Assembly (NCBI GenBank): GCA_026770705.1
Contig: JANJGN010000003.1
Span: 208,754,001 to 208,818,000 of the forward strand
DNA length: 64,000 nucleotides
Reading direction: 5' to 3'
Source: Isurus oxyrinchus
Taxonomy: Eukaryota
In this document: positions 38,318 to 50,793 of the stretch, one piece after another
How positions within the stretch are numbered: position 1 is the stretch's first letter
How the letters are laid out: each line of letters begins with the position of its first letter
Position numbers and translations under genes: made by a program
Notes under the pieces: generated by a model
What the model saw: the letters and a program-made list of their open reading frames with translations, nothing else
The model's database searches: none
What the model was told of the DNA's origin: nothing

Positions 38318-40386
38318 GGATAGGGATTGTTCGGGCCTCTGTTTGAGGAAGAAGCGGAGAGCCCTCAGACCATCTCGTTGGGGGATGGAGGTGTAGAGAG
38401 ATTGGACGTCCATGGTGAAGAGGAGGCGGTTGGGGCCAGGGAACTGGAAATTGTTGATATGATGTAGGGCGTCAGAGGAATCGTGGATGTAGGTGGGAAG
38501 AGACTGGACAAGGGGAGAGAGAATGGAGTCAAAATAGCAAGAAATGAGTTCCGTGGGGCAGGAACAGGCTGACACGATTGGTCTGCCGGCCCGAACAATT
38601 CCCATCCACAACTACTCTCCTCCGTCTGGCTGAACTTGTTCTCTCGCTGAACAATTTCTCCTTAAGCTCGTCTCACTTCCTCCAAATAAAATGTGTGGCT
38701 ATGGGTACCAGCATGGGCCCCAGTTATGCCTGTCTCTTTATGGGGTATGTGGAACATTCCTTGTCCCAGTCCTATGCAGGCCCCCTCCCACATCTCTTTT
38801 TCCAGTACATCGATGACTGCTTTGGTGCCACTTCATGCTCTCGTCTGGACCTGGAAAAATTTATTAATTTTGCTTCCAATTTCCACCCGTCCATCATTTT
38901 CACATGGTCCATCACTGATACTTCCCTTCCCTTCCTTGACCTCTCTGTCTCAATTTCTGGTGATAGACTGTCCAGCAATATTCATTACAAGCCTACCGAC
39001 TCCCACAGCTACCTCGACTATAGCTCCTCACACCCCGCTTCCTGTAAGGACTCCATCCCATTCTCTCCGTTCCTTCGCCTCCATCGCATCTGTTCTGATG
39101 ATGCCACTTTCCAAAACAGTTCCTCTGACATGTCTTCCTTCTTCCTTAACTGAGGTTTTCCTCCCATGGTGGTTGACAGGGCCCTCAACCGTGTCCGGCC
39201 CATCTCCCTCGCATCCACCCTCACACCTTCCTCTCCCTCCCAGAACCATGATAGGGTCCCCCTTGTCCTCACTTATCACCCCACCAGCCTCCGCGTTCAA
39301 AAGATCATCCTCCACCATTTCCGCCAACTCCAGCATGAAGTCACCACCAAACACATCTTCCCTTCACCCCCCTGGCGGCTTTCCACAGGGATCGTTCCCT
39401 CCGGGACACCCTGGTCCACTCCTCCATCACCCCCTACACCTCAACCCCCTTCCACGGCACCTTCCCATCCAACTGAAGAAGGTGCAACACCTGCCCCTTT
39501 TCTTCCCCCCTGCTCACCGTCCAAGGGCCCAAACGCTTCTTTCAAGTGAAACAGCACTTCACTTGCACTTCCCTCAATTTAGTCCACTACATTCGCTGGT
39601 CCCAATGTGGTCTCCTCTACATTGCAGAGACCAAACGCAGACTGAGTGACCACTTTGCGGAACACCTATGGTCTGTCTGCAAGCATGACCCAGACCTCCC
39701 TGTCGCTTGCCATTTCAACACACCACCCTGCTCTCATGCCCACATGTCTGTCCTTGACCTGCTGCAATGTTCCAGTGAAGCTCAATGCAAACTGGAGGAA
39801 CAGCACCTCATCTTCAGACTAGGCACTTTACAGCCTTGTGGACTTAACATTGAGTTCAACGATTACAGATCGTGAACTATCTCCTCCATCCCCACCCCCT
39901 TTCCGATCCCCCTTTTTTCCAATAATTTATAATTTTTAAAATATATTTTTCTTTTCCCACCTATTTTTAAATTTATTTCGATCTATCGTTTTATCTCCAC
40001 CTTTTAGCCCATTTCGATCCCTTCCCCCCACCCCATCCTCACTAGGGCTATCTGTCACTTGCTCGTCCTCTTTCTACCCTTAATGTCCCCATTAGCACAT
40101 TCCTTAGCTAATATCACTACCGTCAACACCCCTTTGTCCTGACATATTTGACAATCTTTTCTCTGCCTTCACCAATCACTGGCCCTCTATCCAGCTCTAC
40201 CTGTCCCACCCCCCTCAACCAGCTTATATTTCACCTCATTTCTATTTTTCCTTAGTTCTGATGAAGAGTCATACGGACTCGAAACGTTAACTGTGCTCGT
40301 CTCCGCAGATGCTGTCAGACCTGCTGAGTTTTTCTAGCTATTTTTCTCTTGTTTCAGATTTCCAGCATCTGCAGTATTTTGCTTTT
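38318..40386 (+). mobile_element. Penelope-like element (RT + GIY-YIG), 5'-truncated with an inverted 5' part
   Basis: AMGTSMGPSYACLFMGYVE, QYIDDCFG, LPFLDL, HYKPTDSHSYL; GIY-YIG region LVHYIRWSQCGLLYIAETKRRLSDHFAEHL; segment 38318-38590 is on the minus strand. Confidence 0.95.
40254..40292 (+). ncRNA. Minimal type I hammerhead ribozyme motif in the Penelope 3' repeat
   Basis: agtt-CTGATGA-a-gagtc(atacg)gactc-GAAA-cgtt-aact: catalytic core, 5-bp stem II, 4-bp stem I, palindromic ACGT instead of stem III. Confidence 0.75.
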
Positions 40387-43300
40387 ATTCAAAACCTTTT
40401 GATGAGTCACTGCTTTTTTTACTAAATGTCCAAATTAACCCCTTGTTGCCTAGCCCTGTGCTGCTGACTGCAACTTGGCTTTTGTAATTTATATTTCCAA
40501 TCATGAGGGCAAAACATGTCTGTGGATTTGAAATTATATCCCATAAATTTCCCAGTTGGAGGAGATTCTGATTCAACACAGGTACACCAAACATGCTGAA
40601 AATTGGGGTGAGCGTGTCAGCAACTGTAAAGCTGGTCTTGTCCTTGATCTGGAGAATGAAAGGGGATTTAGTAAAATAGTCAGTTACCAAGATGTAATCT
40701 TTGCTGTCTAGATAGAATAAATCAGTGGATATTTTTGACCTTGGGACAAAAGGGATTTCATTTAGTAATAATGGTTCTCTGTTCTGCTGTGGTTGGTGCA
40801 TCTGGCAGATATAGCATATTTCTTTCAATCCGTTAATGTCCTTGCTAATACCTGGCCAATAAACTGATTCCCTGGCAAGGCATTTTGTTTGTTCTGTGCC
40901 CATGTGCCCGACTTGTAGGTTACTTAACATGGTTTGACACATTGCCTGAGGTATGAGGACTTGCATGCCTTTGAATATAATGCTTCTGAAAATGCCCAGT
41001 TCATCTCTGTAGTGCTAAAATGCTTGGTTACTTCTATGAACATCCTTGGTGTGATCGGGCCAACCAGTGATAAGAACTTGCTCCAGCTCTCGTAGCTATG
41101 GGTCGTCTTGGGTGGGCTGTTGTGTCATTTCAGCTTGACCTTTCCCGAAATGGACCAAGTCAACATGGAGATTGTCTTCAACCTCGTATTTGATGTTGTC
41201 CAGATGGAGCTCTAGAGGCAGATCTGTATTGTGAGCTGGGTTGGGTAACCGACTCAGGGTGACGGAGGTTACGATTTTAGAGCCTGGTTTATATTGATAA
41301 TCAAGGTTGTAGCCTGAATTTTCATGAGTAAACCCTGGAACCATGATGGTGCTTTAGTGAGGGATTTTTGGCAGATCATCTGCAGCAGCTTGTGGGTCGT
41401 GAAGCATTTTCCAAACGGACACTTTGGAAATGTTGGATGCCAAATACTAACGCAAGAATTTCGCGTTCACTGTTAGAGTAATTGGCTTATGCAGTGGTGA
41501 GAGCCTTTGAGGGAAAAGCTATAGGCTTGTTGTCCTGTAGAAGGCACGCACCAAGGCCCTTATGTGATGTGTCCACCTTGAGTACAATGTGTTTGGAAGG
41601 ATGGTAGTATTGCAAGATACATGAGCTCGAAGAGAGGGCATCCTTCAAACTCTGAAAAATGTGGTGATCTTCTTGCTATACATATAGTGTGTCCTTCTTA
41701 AGGAGGTCCCTGAGTGGGGAAACTTTGGTTGCAAAGCCCATGATGTATGGAGATAGAAAGTTAAAAATAACCAAGACACCTTTGCAGGTCGCCTTTGAGT
41801 TGTGGGGTAGGCATCTTTTGTACATCTTCTATTTTTGCTGGATCTGGTTGAATGTCTTGAGAGGAGTAGATGGAGCCAAAAATGTTGATCTGGCTTGCAT
41901 TAATTTGGCATTTGGCACTATTAAAAACAAGGCCAAGCTTTCTAGCTGCCTCCATGAGCATCTGCAGGTTGTTGTCATATTCTACTTTAGTTTTGCCAAG
42001 GACTGCGATGTTGTTGGCGATGCATAGGCACCCAACCATGTCTTCAATGATGCGGTCCACCTGTTGTTGAAACATATCTTGACTCACTGAGAGTCCAAAT
42101 GGCAAGCACAAGAAGCAATAGCTTCCAACAGGGGCGCAAAGAGTGGTGAGCTTATTGTGCTGGTGCCAGGTGGACAGACCAGTAGCCATCCTTCACGCCC
42201 AATTTTGAGAAATATCAGGCTCCCGCAAACTTGGGATTCAGGTCCTTTAGTGTGGAGATTTTGTGAGGACTTCACTTTAGTGCCATGTTGAGCTGTCTCA
42301 AGTCCCAGCATAAATGTAGCAAACCATCCCTCTTTAGTACACAAGTAACGGAATTGCACCTGTCTATGTGGTGCTTGACTTTTTAGATGATTTTATTGCG
42401 GATCATCGTGACCAATTCTGCTTTCAGCTAATCTTGGATATGGATGCTGCACTTCCTAGGTGGGTTGATGCTGGGTTGAGCATCGTCCTTTAGATGCAGC
42501 ACTGCATCACCGCTGAAGTCTCCAATGGTGTCAAAGTGATTTAGTTACATGATTGTACAATGCTTAATGGAGTCATTTCTTCCTTTGGTGCTTTTCTGTG
42601 CATTGATGGTGCCTCTGACATGTTGTGGATAATTACCATGTGCCTGTCACTCCACACTGGCAGACCAATGATTGCCAGGTCACTGGTTTTCACAACATAA
42701 AAAATATCTGGTGTTCATCTGGATCTTCTGTATTGGCATTACATTATGATGGGATGTCAGACCGTTTGTAGGTGGTGAGCCTGTCAGATGTTGACTGGAC
42801 TGCGCTGTGCCATTTTCCCATGTTTGTGGTATTGAGAATGTGCAGTGGTAAGAAGTTGGCACTTGCACCGGTATCGATCTTTGCACGTGTGGTATGCTGT
42901 CCATAGTATTGACGTTTACAGTGGAAAATGCTTCAGCTTGTTTGATTCTGTCCACATGCTGATTGAGGTTGACAAGTTTGGCTTGGATTTGTACACTGCG
43001 GTGTATTTGGGGTGTCTTTCATTTCATTGATATGTTTGTGTTTTGCAGGACAAGCCTTGGAACTGTCATTTGTTATCAGATTTTTGTGGAGCCCTTATTT
43101 GTGAGTTTTGTACCTCGGGTTTTTCTGGTGGGTTGCATTTGCGACACATTTTTGGCCAATGCCGTTTGGTGCAGTATAGTTTGCACATATCGAAATATGC
43201 TGGAAATATCGAAATATCCTGGGTAGTATGTAAGACCACACCGCATGCAGGTTTTAGGTGTCTTTGATATGCTGGTTACTGCGGCAATGGTAGATTTGTG

Positions 43301-44717
43301 ATCAAAGGCTTGAAGGTGCTGTTCGCCAGCCACTAATGCCTCAACTTTTCTACCTTCATCCAGTAGTGCATTTATTGAGTAACATTTAGCTTTGTCTCGT
43401 AGTGCTTCCCTAAAAGACTTGATTGGCACTGAAGCAATGACAAGCTTCATCAATCTCTCCACAAGGTAATCAGCACTGAAGTTGCATTTGGCTCCGTTGC
43501 GCCGGCACCTGTTTGTAAATTCGTCAATGCTTTTATTTGGCTGTTGTCGGTGTGACATGAATTCTAGCCTGTGAACTCCAAAGTTAACTTGGACCTTTAG
43601 TGGACCTTTGATGAGCTTGAAGATTTCATTGGGGTCCTTTTGATCTTCATCAGGTAGATCTGATGAGTTTGCACACAGTAGCCCCTCGTTGCTAAGAGCA
43701 ATTAGTAATTTGATGGCTTTCTCTCTTGGCCCTGTACCTGCTGCTCCACAAAATGTAAGTGCATCTTCTGTCTAAGAAGTTGAAATTCTGCTTGCCAGTT
43801 CATAGTCAAGTTTTTATTCGCCATTGTGATGTTCTTGGTGATTGGCTGCACTGGGTGCTCCACAGGTGTAGTTGCTGAGTGCAGTGTCTCTTTAGATGAG
43901 AGTTTATACTTGCTGCCTGTCTGTTGTCCCTGTGTTGTTGGAGAACAGATGCTGTAACAATGTATCACTGTGGGCTCATAACAGAGTGTTGCTTAAGGAA
44001 AAAGCTTGCCTCTCCTTTTGCTTTTCCAGTCTGGCTTGAAATAAGGAGAAAGAATTTTAAGTTGCAGATCTTTAGATTACAGAGGTTTTGCGTTGCTTGT
44101 TATTTCTGTTGCAGTATTGAACTGTGCCATTTTATTCTCATGAGTTGCTACCATGCTGTGATTGTCAGGGCAGGAAAGCTGGTTTTGGCGCCAAAACTGA
44201 AAAAACAAAATGGCAGAACCACCTGACAGCCGTGTTAAGCTCTGTAGTGAGCTGTTGGAACTTGCCTTTCCCAGCCATCTCAGGCTGGGGTACGCTTTTA
44301 AAAAAAAAATAGACTTGACGCTCTAGTCTTCACTGTTAGGATGAGTGGCTTATAAATAGCTGATCTCAATGTTCAGATAAAATGAAGCCTTCTGCGCAAA
44401 TCACTGAGCTTGGAGTGAGGTCTTCACTCGCTTCTGAACCTCGGATATCTTTGGGGGACTAGTCGCTGTGCCTAATGTCAGAGTCCAAGTTCTTGTGGTT
44501 AAAGAACTGGACTTTTTGTGTTTTTAAACGAAGCACCTGGACTGAGGTTCCCTGTGAGTGACATCTCTTAAAGTGCTGTACTTACAGACTGCCCTTCCCT
44601 TGAGGAGTCTGGATTGGAGCTGGGTAAGTGGAATCACTGCAGTCGATGTTGCTGCTTAAGTAGTCTTCTGCCTTATGTTCCAGTATCTCCAGGAATTACC
44701 TCCATGGCTGTCAACCA

Positions 44718-45157
44718 TGTTGTGGTCTCTTATTGCCTATTGCAACCATGTTGAGGGTCTCGATGTAGACCTTAAGGAAGCTGTCTCTATGCTATCTATG
44801 CTAAGCAAGAAATTGAGAATGATGAGGGTTCTTATTGAATACAATTACATTAAGTTTATTACTAGCAACAACCATATACAGCTCTGCACATGCCTTGATC
44901 TACCTTGGGTCCTAACAGTTACATAGGCTGATTACTTGACTATATGCCTGACTCATAAGGTATACTTGAAGTCTTACTGTTAACAGAGTCACAGGCAGTA
45001 GTGAATAACTGCAGTAATGTTCACAGGCAATAGTGAACATCATGTAACATCTTTTATCCTCCAGTCTTACACACAGTGATGTCATAGTGATGTCACTATG
45101 TAGCTTCTTAAAGGTACATGTCATTGTCTGCATTGGCATGCGTACAATATCACAACA
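44718..45157 (-). repeat. Gypsy 5' LTR
   Basis: TGTTG...CAACA, followed on the minus strand by a TGG-starting PBS. Confidence 0.9.
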
Positions 45158-45229
45158 GCTCCCTTAATGTATATAGACTACACTAAGGCTTAGCCATAAA
45201 ACAAATTCTGAAGGAAATGCAACACTTTC

Positions 45230-45770
45230 AACAACAGCATGAGTACTTATAGGGGGTTTAACATTAAGAAATATTCAACAATGCTTCATAAATATGGATC
45301 AAGAAATAAACCCCTGAACCAGAAAAAGCTAGATTAGGATGGTTAATTAAAAACTTAGGTTGAAGAAATGGGTTTTAGGAAAGTTTTTAAAGGTGGTGAG
45401 TGATGTAAAGAAGCCAAGGCAATTTAGGTGGAATTCCAGAGTGTAGGGGTGAGTGGATGTAGGCACTGTACCAGTAGCAGAGCCCATGGTAGGAGGATAC
45501 AAAATAGGATAAAGTCAGGAATTTTGTGTTTGGAAAAGAGATAGGGCTAGGTGGTTTGAAATCATGATGGAATGTATAGGTAAGAATAAAGATTTTAAAT
45601 TTGATACACTGGAGGATTTGGGGTAATGCAAACAAAATATAAATGTAATCGACTGAGGTTTACATGCCATGTTGGGCAAGTAGGATTTATCAGGGAATAC
45701 GAACCAGCAGTAGAGTTTGAACATATAATGGACAGTGAAAAAAAGGAGCCTATCAAGGAGCACAATGCAA
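45230..45770 (-). mobile_element. L2 3' fragment
   Basis: LQCIKFKIFILTY resembles the L2 RI.FKILLL motif. Confidence 0.5.
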
Positions 45771-46129
45771 TGATGTGATTCAGAGGAACAAATATACTGT
45801 CTGCCTTACTAGATTATACTTACAAAAATCCAATTTAGTTGTTGTGTCCAAGTGTGTTGGAATTAGAACTTGTTTTGTCTAAATTATTTATATTATTTTT
45901 ATTGCCTCATTAACCAAGTCTTGACTTGGGGGCCAGCAGTATCCACAGATGAGTAACCTTTTTCCCTACGATGTCATAACAGTATTGCCAATCCCAGTCT
46001 CTCAAAAATCAAGAGACAATCTCATAAAAATCAAGAGATTTGGATGATAAATCATGACTTGCTTTTATTTTGCAAACATAAATCAATTTAAAATTACTTG
46101 AAAAGACATTGTGGTGAGACCGTTTTTGG

Positions 46130-49100
46130 AAATGATAATTTGGGACAAAATTAATAGTCACTTGGGAATTAAGGAAAGCCAGCACAGATGTATTAAGGGC
46201 AAATCGTGCTTAACTAACTTGTTTTGAATTTTTTGATGAGCCAACAGAAACAGATAGGGTTAATGAGGCTAGTGCTGTTGATGTGGTGTACATGGACTTC
46301 CAGAAGGCATTTGATAAAGGACTGCTCAACAAACTTGTGAGCAAAATTAGATCTCATGGAATGACAAGGACAGTAACAATATGAATATGAAATTGGCTGA
46401 GTAACAGGAAACAGAGTAGTGGTGAATGGTTGTTTTTCAGACTGGAGGTAGTTTTATAGTGACCCCCAGAGGTCAGTGTTAGGACTCCTGCTCTTCTTGA
46501 TATATATTAATGACCTAGACCTTGGTGTGCAGGTACAATATCAAAATTTACGAATGATACAAAACTTCAAAGTATCGTGAATTCTGAGAACTTCAAAAGA
46601 ACATAGACATATTGGTGGAATGGGCGGACAGGTGATAGATTAAATTTAATGCAGCGAAGGTGAAGTGATTCATTTTGGTAAGAAAATGCAGAGAGATCAT
46701 ATATAATAAAAGATACAATCCTAAAAGGGATCCAGGAACATGGAAACCTGGGTGCTTTTATGCGTAAATCATTGATGGTGGCAGGACATGTTGAGAGTGC
46801 GGTTAACAAAGCATACAGCATCCTGAGCTTTATAGAGAGGTGCATAGAATACAAAAGCAAGGAAAAGTATTTAAAACACTGGTTTGAACTCAATGGGGGT
46901 ATTGTGTCCAATCCTTGCCACCAGACTTCACGAAGGATGTGAAGGTATTACAGCGGGTGCAGAAAAGATTCACAAGAATGGTTCCAGGGATGAGGAACAT
47001 CAATTAGGTAAATAGATCGGAGAAATCTAAAGGCACAGTAGACAAGTTTAAAGGCACTGTATCTGAATGCATGGAGCATTCGCTATAAGGTAGACAAATT
47101 AACAGCGCAAATAGATGTAAATGGGTACAATATTATTCCGATTTTGGAGACAGACCTGCATGGCAGACCAAGGCTGGGATATTCCTCAATATCCAAGGGT
47201 ACTCGATATTTAGGAAGGACACGCAAAAAGGAAAAGGAGATGGTGTAGCATGTTAGTTAAGGATGAAATCAATGTGATAGTGAGAGAGGATATTGGTTCA
47301 GAAAATCTAGATGTGGAATAATTCTGGGTGAAGCTAAGAAGCAACAAAGGGCAGGAAATATTAGCGGGAGTGGTCTATAGGCCTCCAAGCAGTAGCGATA
47401 AGATAGGGGACGGCATTAAACAGAAAATTAGAGATGTATGTAACAAGGGTGCTACAGTAATCATGGGCGACTTTAATCTACATATAGATTGGGCAAACCA
47501 AATTAGCAATAATACTGTGGTGAATTAATTCCTGGAGAGTGTATGAGATGGTCTTTTTTAGACCAGTATGTCAAGGAACTGACTAGGGAACAGGAGATTT
47601 GGTATTGTGCAATGAGAAGGGTTTCATTGATAATCTTGTTGTGTGAGGTCCTTTAGGGAACAGTGACCATAACATGATAGAATCCTTTATTAGGATGGAA
47701 AATGAAGTAGTCTGATCTGAAACTAGGCTCCTAAATCTTAATAAAGGAAACTACGAAGGTATGAGGCATGAGTTGGCTAAGATAGATCAAGGAACTTCAT
47801 TAAAAGGCATGACAGTGGACAGATAATGGCTAATATTTAAGGAACGCATATATGCATTGCAACAGTTATACATTCCTTTCTGGGGCAAAAACACAACAGG
47901 AAAAGCGGCCCAACCATGGTTAACAAAAGAAATTAAGGGAAGTATTAGATCCAAAGAGGAGTCATATCAATTTGCTTGATGATTGGGAGCTGTTTAGAAT
48001 TCAGCAAAGGCGGGCCAAGAGATTGATTAAGAGGGAAAAAATAAAGTACGGGAGCAAACTTACAAGGAACATAAAAGCAGACTGTAAAAGCTTCTTTAAG
48101 TATGTAAAAAGAAAAAGATTAGTGAAGACAAATGTCGAAGTCCCTTACAGTCTGAAATGGGAGAATTTATATTAGAAAACAAGGAAATAGCAGAGCAATT
48201 AAACAACTCCTTTAGTTTTGTCTTCACAGAGGAAGACACAAATAACTTCCCAGAAATACTAAGGAACCAAAGGTCTAGTGAGAAGGAGGAATTGAAGGAA
48301 ATTAGTATTACTAAAACAATAGTGCTGGAGGAATTAAAGAGACTAAAAGCCGATAAATTCCCAGGTTCCAATAATCTACATCCCAGGGTACAAAAGGATG
48401 TGGCCATGGAAATAATGGATGCATTGGTTGTCATTTTCCAAAATTCTGCAGATTCTGGAATAGTCCCAACAAATCTAACCCCACTATTTATAAAAGGAGG
48501 GAGGGAGAAAACAATGAATTACAAACTGGTTAGCCTAACCTCAGTAATAGACAAAATGCTAGAGTCTATATAAGCAATGTGATAACAGGATGCTTGGAAA
48601 ATATTTACGGGATTAGACAAAGTCAACATGGATTTATGATAGGCAAATCATGTTTGATAAACCTACTGGAGTTCTTTGAGGATGTGCCTAGCAGAATAGA
48701 TAAGGCAGAGCCAGTGGATGTGGTGTTTTTGGATTTTCAGAAAGCTCTAGATAAGTCCCACAAAAGAGTTTAGTGTGTAAAATTAAAGCACACAGGATTT
48801 GGGGTAATATTTTGGCATGGATTTAGAATTAGTAGATAGGAAGCAGAGAGTAGGAATAAATGGGTCTTTTACGGAGTGGCAAGTGGTGACTAGTGGGGTA
48901 CCGCAGGGATCAGTGCTTGGGCCCCAGCTATTCAAAATATATATCAATAATTTGGATGAGGGAACCAAATGTAATATTTCAAGGTTGCTGATGACACAAA
49001 ACTTAGTGGGAATGTGAGCGACAAGGAGGGTGTTAAGAGACTTCAAGTCGATTTAGACAGGTTGAGGGAGTGGGCAATACATGGCAGATGTAGTATAATG

Positions 49101-50340
49101 TGGATAAGTGTGAAGTGATTCACTTTGTAGGAAAAACAGAATGGCACAGTATTATTGAAATGGTGATAGATTGAGAAATGTTGAGGTACAAAGGGACCTG
49201 GGTGTCCTTGTACACCAATCGCTGAAAGCAAGCATGCAGGTGCAACCAGCAGTTAAGGAGGCAAATGCTATGTTGGCCTTCACTGAGCGAAGACTTGAGT
49301 ACAGGAACAAGGATGTCTTAGTGCAGCTGTACAGGGCCTTGGTGAGACCACACCTGGAGTATTGTGTGCAGCTTTGGTCTCCTTACCTAAGAAAGGATTT
49401 ATAGTTGCCATAGAGGGAGTGCCACTAAGGTTCATCAAACTGAGACCTGGGATAGCAGGATTGTCATATGAGGAGAGATTGGGCTGACTAGGCCTGTATT
49501 CACTGGAGTTTAGAAGAATGAGAGGAGATCTCATTGAAACATATAAAATTCTGGCAGGGATGGACAGACTGGATGCAGGAAAAATATTTCCTCTGGCTGA
49601 GGGGGTCTAGAACAAGGGGTCACAGTCTTAGGATACGGGGTAGACCATTTAGGACTGAGAAGAGGAGAAACATCTTCACTCTGGCTGGTGAACCTTTGGA
49701 ATTCTCTACCATAGAAGGCTGTGAAGGCCAAGCCAGTGAATATATTTAAGAAGGAACTAGATAGATTCTGGACTTTAATGGCATTGAGGGGTATGGGGAG
49801 AACGCAGGAGTATGGCATTGAGAAAAAGGATCAGCCATGATCATATTGAATGCGGAGGACGCTCGAAGGGCCGAATGAACTACTCCTGCTCCTATTTTCT
49901 ATACCTATAAGTAAGCTGGGACTGTTCTCCTTGGAGATGAGAAGGAAGAGAGGAGATTTGATAGAGGTATTTAAAATCATCAGGGGTCTGGACAGAGTAG
50001 ATAAGGAGAAACTGTTGCCATTGCCAGGAGGATCAAGAACCAGAGGGTACAGATTTAATGTAATAGGCTTAAAGAAGCAATGGCAACAGGAGGAAAAACT
50101 TTTTCATGCAGCGAGTGATTAGCATCTGGAATGCATTGCCTGAGAGTGTGGTGCAGGCAGGGTCAAACAAGACATTCAAAAGGAAATTAGATTAATATCT
50201 GAAAATGAAAAATTTGCAGGGTGACGGTGAAAAGACTGGGCAGTGGTGAATTACTCATTCAGAGAGCCAGCAGAGACATGATGGGCTGAATGGCCTCCTT
50301 CTGTGCTGTACCCATGCTATCTTTCATTCTATTATCCTAT
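46130..50340 (+). mobile_element. CR1 RT/3' fragment interrupted by another CR1 (host parts 46130-47030 and 49905-50340)
   Basis: VDVVYMDFQKAFDK; host sequence breaks at tagatcggagaa and resumes at aagctgggactgttctccttggag. Confidence 0.85.
47030..49900 (+). mobile_element. CR1 LINE, nearly complete decayed ORF2 (APE endonuclease + RT)
   Basis: GVVYRPP, IMGDFNLHIDW, SQHGFM.GKSCL.NLLEFFE, TSGVPQGSVLGP, LVRPHLEYCVQLWSP; many stops and frameshifts. Confidence 0.93.
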
Positions 50341-50793
50341 GAGATTGATACGTAACTGCAATCTTATAATCTACTGTCAATATTAACGGCATTGAAACTA
50401 ATAGTGTCATTTGCTTGAGGAAGAAAATTCTATAGCAATATGCAAACCCAGGCAATAATTATAGAATGAAAATGCTTTGTAAGGAAACATTTATGTTCAG
50501 ATATCCTGTGGCGATCACACTAAACTAAAACAACAGAAGCCCATAGAGCTGAAGGCCTGCTGAATGCAAAATGCGGTTATTTGCATAAGTAGCTTCTCCT
50601 GTAAGGACTGGTTTTTGGCCAAAAAAAATATTAGATGTTTACACTTTACAAAATAATCTTGTAAATGTGCTCACCACAGCTTATGAATCTTTTACTAGTC
50701 TTCCACTGTAAAATATAAACAATGCAGAGAAAAGAATAAAACTTGACTGAGGGTTAACAATATTTAAAACATATGCAGACCTGATTGCTAGCT

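Larger units (their letters stand above)
37566..40578. mobile_element. Solo LTR inserted in the Gypsy integrase, itself split by Penelope
   Basis: TGTAG...CAACA with 4-bp TSD CAGG on both sides; removing it restores integrase FGVP|ETVVSKNGPQ. Confidence 0.8.
36279..45157 (-). mobile_element. Gypsy/Ty3 LTR retrotransposon, both LTRs present, decayed, integrase interrupted
   Basis: LTRs 36279-36723 and 44718-45157; PPT beside 36724; PBS tggttgacagccatgga; gag (QQPNKSIDEF..RCR...CNF), RT (LPFGLSVSQDMFQ), IN (GHMGTEQTK.LARESVYWPG; HITSSQLYPQSN). Confidence 0.92.

Noticed and set aside
38693-39649. Longest ORF (318 aa) as a novel gene
   Set aside because: Ser/Pro-rich alternative frame over the Penelope RT; only its end enters the true frame after a frameshift.
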